NCBI RefSeq assembly: GCF_001194135.2
Contig: NC_069007.1
Location: 2,553,347-2,591,700 of the forward strand
DNA: 38,354 bases
DNA from: Octopus bimaculoides
Lineage: Eukaryota
Reading direction: 5' to 3'
Part shown: positions 34,330 through 38,354 of the stretch, in pieces
How the letters are laid out: every line of letters begins with the position of its first letter
Numbering within the stretch: the stretch's first letter is position 1
Program-made: the position numbers and the translations under genes
Notes under the pieces: generated by a model
Told to the model about the DNA's origin: nothing
The model's database searches: none
What the model saw: only the letters and a program-made list of their open reading frames with translations

Positions 34330-35236
34330 CATATACATATATATACATATATACATACACATATATAAGCTTACTATGATGACATATGGGTGTATGTAAA
34401 TGGGAAAAACATGGTTTCCTGTGTGAACTCGTATGTAAATAGTTGTGTATATGTATATACTGAGATTCAACTAAAAATACGGCTGATTCTCTCTGCGTAT
34501 AATTTATAAATTTCGTTTCAACGGTGTGAAAGGAGTAAAAAAAAACAAAAAAAACATAATAAATTAATATATCTAAAATTAGTTCTTCCTGTAATGTATT
34601 GTTGTCTCCCTCAGGCATTTAGTGTTTCGTTTCCTTTTTATTCAGAGTCTTCCGCCTTTTGTACGTGTAAAAGCGTCACTTTCGTTATCGTCAGGTAGCG
34701 CACTAGTCTTCACTAAGAGAAATTGAAGAGCAGCTGAATTTACCAACGGGCCTACACTTCAGTATACCTAATTCTGGTCGTTGGGTTAGACATCCCACAA
34801 AACTTCAGCCAGGTGTTCACATTCTTATTTTGAATGCTTAACAAATTTCTGCCATTTGCTTTTAAATACATATTTATATGACATTCCTCAACGCACTTTC
34901 TTAGGTGTATTCATCGGGCGAGGTAGCACTATCATTTGTTATATAGCTCCCCTATCCTTCTCCTTTTCCCTGATCTGAATTAAGCCGTATGACTTCCACC
35001 TCCTTTTCTTTCATCTACAACCCTTGCAGTCATAGATAAACAACATTTGAAGTCGAAATATTCTTATTGCAAGCGCTGTAGTTACTCTTCACATTGATCT
35101 TATTTTTTTTTTCTTATTCAAGGAAAAGATACCAACACTGTTCATTTTATCAAATGGTACGGGTTTAATATTATAGTTTGTGTGGTAATTTCATTGCCAT
35201 TTTTAAAATTCTATCTTTCCGTTTAAATACAATTTT

Positions 35237-35327
35237 GATAAAAGGCAAAGTCGACCTCGGCGGAATTTGAACTGAGAACGGCTAACCATTTCGTCCAGCG
35301 TACTAACTATTCTGCCAGCTCGCCGCC
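35237..35327 (-). mobile_element. SINE family B head with internal deletion
   Basis: AAAGGCAAAGTCGACCTCGGCGGAATTTGAACTGAGAACG...TCTGCCAGCTCGCCGCC. Confidence 0.85.
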
Positions 35328-35328
35328 G

Positions 35329-35463
35329 GATGGCCTGAAACTATACGCTACAAATGATAAACAGCTGGAAACACTACTACAGAGAGTACATGGACTTACG
35401 AAAGAAATAGATATGAAATTCGGATTAGAAAAATGTGCCAAATCAACCCTGAAATGAGGAAAA
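35329..35463 (+). pseudogene. Non-LTR reverse transcriptase fragment, R4/Dong/NeSL-like
   Basis: DGLKLYATNDKQLETLLQRVHGLTKEIDMKFGLEKCAKSTLK*GK resembles the motif (YM)DDLKLY...L...V..FS.DIGM.FGLDKCA.L....GK of RLE-encoding LINEs. Confidence 0.85.
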
Positions 35464-36384
35464 CGTAACCGCTGCTTGTGCACCATTGCCTCAATACTCA
35501 AGATATCAGACATACATACATACATACATACATATATATCCATGTGTGTGAGCGAGATAGAGATAGAAAGAGAGAGTGTGTGTGTGTGTGTGCTTGTGTA
35601 TTGTTTCGCATCATCTACGTAATAACCTTAAAACGATCGTTTCGTGTCTTCTACTGCTTTCGGCTACCATGTGCTCTCATACTGCAGGAATGCTCATTTT
35701 ACTGGATATAAATGTGGAAATCCTTTAGTATGCGCATCATTCATACAAAATTAATTACTTGTGTAATTACACATGTTCATTCATGAATTCAAATATATAC
35801 ATAGATCCGTGTGCGTGTGTGTGTGAGTAAATATGTGCGTGTGCTTATGTGTATGTGTGTATGTGTGTGGATGGATGACTGCCCACATGTAATTTCGTAC
35901 ACACTCAACACACTCACCAACATACATCCTTATATATACATATGTGAGTGTATGTATTTTTATTAGAGTTTCTGTATCCGTATACCACGATGTATATGTA
36001 TATGGATATGAATATATAAACGTGCATATACATATATATGCAAGAATATAAATATAAGATGCTGTTATATATATGTATATATATATATATATATATATNN
36101 NNNNNNNNNNNNNNNNNNNNNNNNNNNNNNNNNNNNNNNNNNNNNNNNNNNNNNNNNNNNNNNNNNNNNNNNNNNNNNNNNNNNNNNNNNNNNNNNNNNN
36201 NNNNNNNNNNNNNNNNNNNNNNNNNNNNNNNNNNNNNNNNNNNNNNNNNNNNNNNNNNNNNNNNNNNNNNNNNNNNNNNNNNNNNNNNNATATATATATA
36301 AATGTGTATAAATGTATATGTATATATAATTATATATATATATATATAAATGTGTATAAATGTATATGTATATATAATTATTTA

Positions 36385-36440
<56 letters not shown>

Positions 36441-37074
36441 CATACATACATACATACATACATACATACATACATACATACATAGAAATATGTATGTGTT
36501 TTGTACGGGTGAATTGTGCGTGTTTTGTATATCTATGTCAATTGAGAGTTTGTTAACATATTGTTTATACGATGTTCAAATTCCGTCATCATTTATATTT
36601 TATATTTTCTGTCCATATCATATTATTGCTTGTTCGTCTTTCATGATCCTAGATTTTTTTTCTGAGATATGACATAACTAAGAGATATGTCATGTTTTGT
36701 TTTGTCTACATATCCATTGTATTCGTTCAGTCGTTTATTTTTTGTTTTGCTTTTTGCTGTCTTTGTTTTGTTTTGTTTTTATATATATATTTCCATAATG
36801 TACCGAGAAAGTCGCATTGAATGCCGGGTATTCCATTCTCACACGCTGTCACTATCATTTACAACTATCAAGTGTTAGAATGTAAGCGGTTCTTTTGTTT
36901 TCTCTAGAGATTCAACTGTTCGAGAATAGTCTTATATCAGTTCTGATACTGTATCTCACTGTGTTGTCTATCACGACTTTCTCCTAGCGCAATAAAACTA
37001 AATAATCAAAAAGAGACAAGATGAGATTAGAGTGATTAATATTCCCTGTGTATTAGTGCTACGTTCTTTAGAAG

Positions 37075-37165
37075 CCCACGTGAGGAGGAAGAGAACATTT
37101 GACCTTGGCAAATATTTGAACTCAAAGCGCTGAGGGAGAAACAAATACCGTATGGATTTTCGCTC
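37075..37165 (-). mobile_element. Highly decayed SINE family B head
   Basis: Minus strand CGGTATTTG...TTTGAGTTCAAATATTTGCCAAGGTCAA versus family CGGTATTTCG...TCTGAGTTCAAATTCCGCCGAGGTCGA. Confidence 0.6.
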
Positions 37166-37739
37166 TGATCTTCCATCTCAGTTGACAAAGCAAGTTCACC
37201 ATCTAACCTGCGATATATTTCTCATTACTTTTGGTTTGTATGCGTTGTATAAATTGCTATTTTGCCGTATTGTTTTTATTTCTGCACTCTTAATAATACA
37301 CTCTTCTAATCCTTTCCTCTGCCCACTTTCACTCACGTAACTTGGAATCGGACAGGGAATTTTGTGATATATATGTGTATATATATATATAATGTATATG
37401 CTAACGTACGAAGACATAAAGAAACACTTAGACACGCCGGCTACAATCAACCCTGGTTTTTGCTATAACTTTCTTTAAAATAATTTCACTCTTCCTTTCC
37501 AAGCTAAATGCACAAAATTAAGTTTATTTCAAATTAAAACTGCACTGACGAGACTTTCATGATGAAACTGTCATAGGAGTGCAAATTAAGTAGTTTTATC
37601 AAGCCTACACATGCAATGCGGTCTTCCTATGCTTATCTCTTAATGTTTCATTATCTCAACATTTAGAACTATATGACAAAAAAAGAGTCATAAGAATAAT
37701 GATGCTAGTTAATACTACACAAATATGAACGAATGAATT

Positions 37740-38354
37740 ATATGAGTATACACATACAAATACACGCACACATGTACATATATACATGTACATATATACA
37801 TGTACATGTATACATGCTTGTGTGCGCGAGTCGCCTGTACGTCAGAGTATATATCTATGTGCATATATAGACATATATATATATATATATATACATATAT
37901 AAATATATATACATATATATGCATACATATCTAAATATATATATATAAATATATACATATATATATATATACATATATATGCATACATATATAAATATAT
38001 ATATATAAATATATACATATATATATATATACATATATATGCATACATATATAAATATATATATATAAATATATACATATATATGCATACATATATATAT
38101 ATACATATATAAATATATATATATATATAAATATATATATATATATGCATACATATATATATATGCATATATATATATAAATATAAATATATATATATAT
38201 GCATACATATATAAATATATAAATATATATATGCATACATATATAAATATATAAATATATATATATATAAATATATATATATATATGCATACATATATAA
38301 ATATATATATATATTTAAATATATATATATATATATGCATACATATATAAATAT
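37740..38354. repeat. TA-rich satellite with ~60-bp higher-order period
   Basis: GCATACATAT starts at 37921, 37981 and 38041. Confidence 0.9.

Noticed and set aside
37072-37133. Neuropeptide-like exon AHVRRKRTFDLGKYLNSKR*
   Set aside because: It is the antisense reading of a decayed family B SINE head.
1-38354. Long ORFs in the supplied track (YI, CV, HT, LS repeats and X runs)
   Set aside because: They are translations of microsatellites and N gaps, or antisense and off-frame readings of SINEs and MITEs.

Overview
AT-rich, microsatellite-dense animal nuclear DNA with 12 scaffold gaps (about 5.15 kb of N). The tRNA-derived SINE families look like those of octopus, so a coleoid cephalopod source is inferred from recall, not a database search. 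No long ORF is real: the ORF-track entries are microsatellite, N or repeat read-through. The window reads as intronic or intergenic sequence, with at most a few short + strand exon candidates (best 9895-9960) of an unidentified gene. It holds at least four SINE families, five kinds of TIR or foldback elements (including a palindrome built from two mariner transposase 3' ends), and decayed remnants of an RTE-like LINE and an R4/Dong-like RT. The most notable item is a tRNA-headed SINE (10445-10745) whose 3' part contains a minimal Penelope-type hammerhead ribozyme motif (10643-10688). A 251-nt exact duplicate beside gaps (22781-23031 and 23895-24145) suggests local contig misordering.
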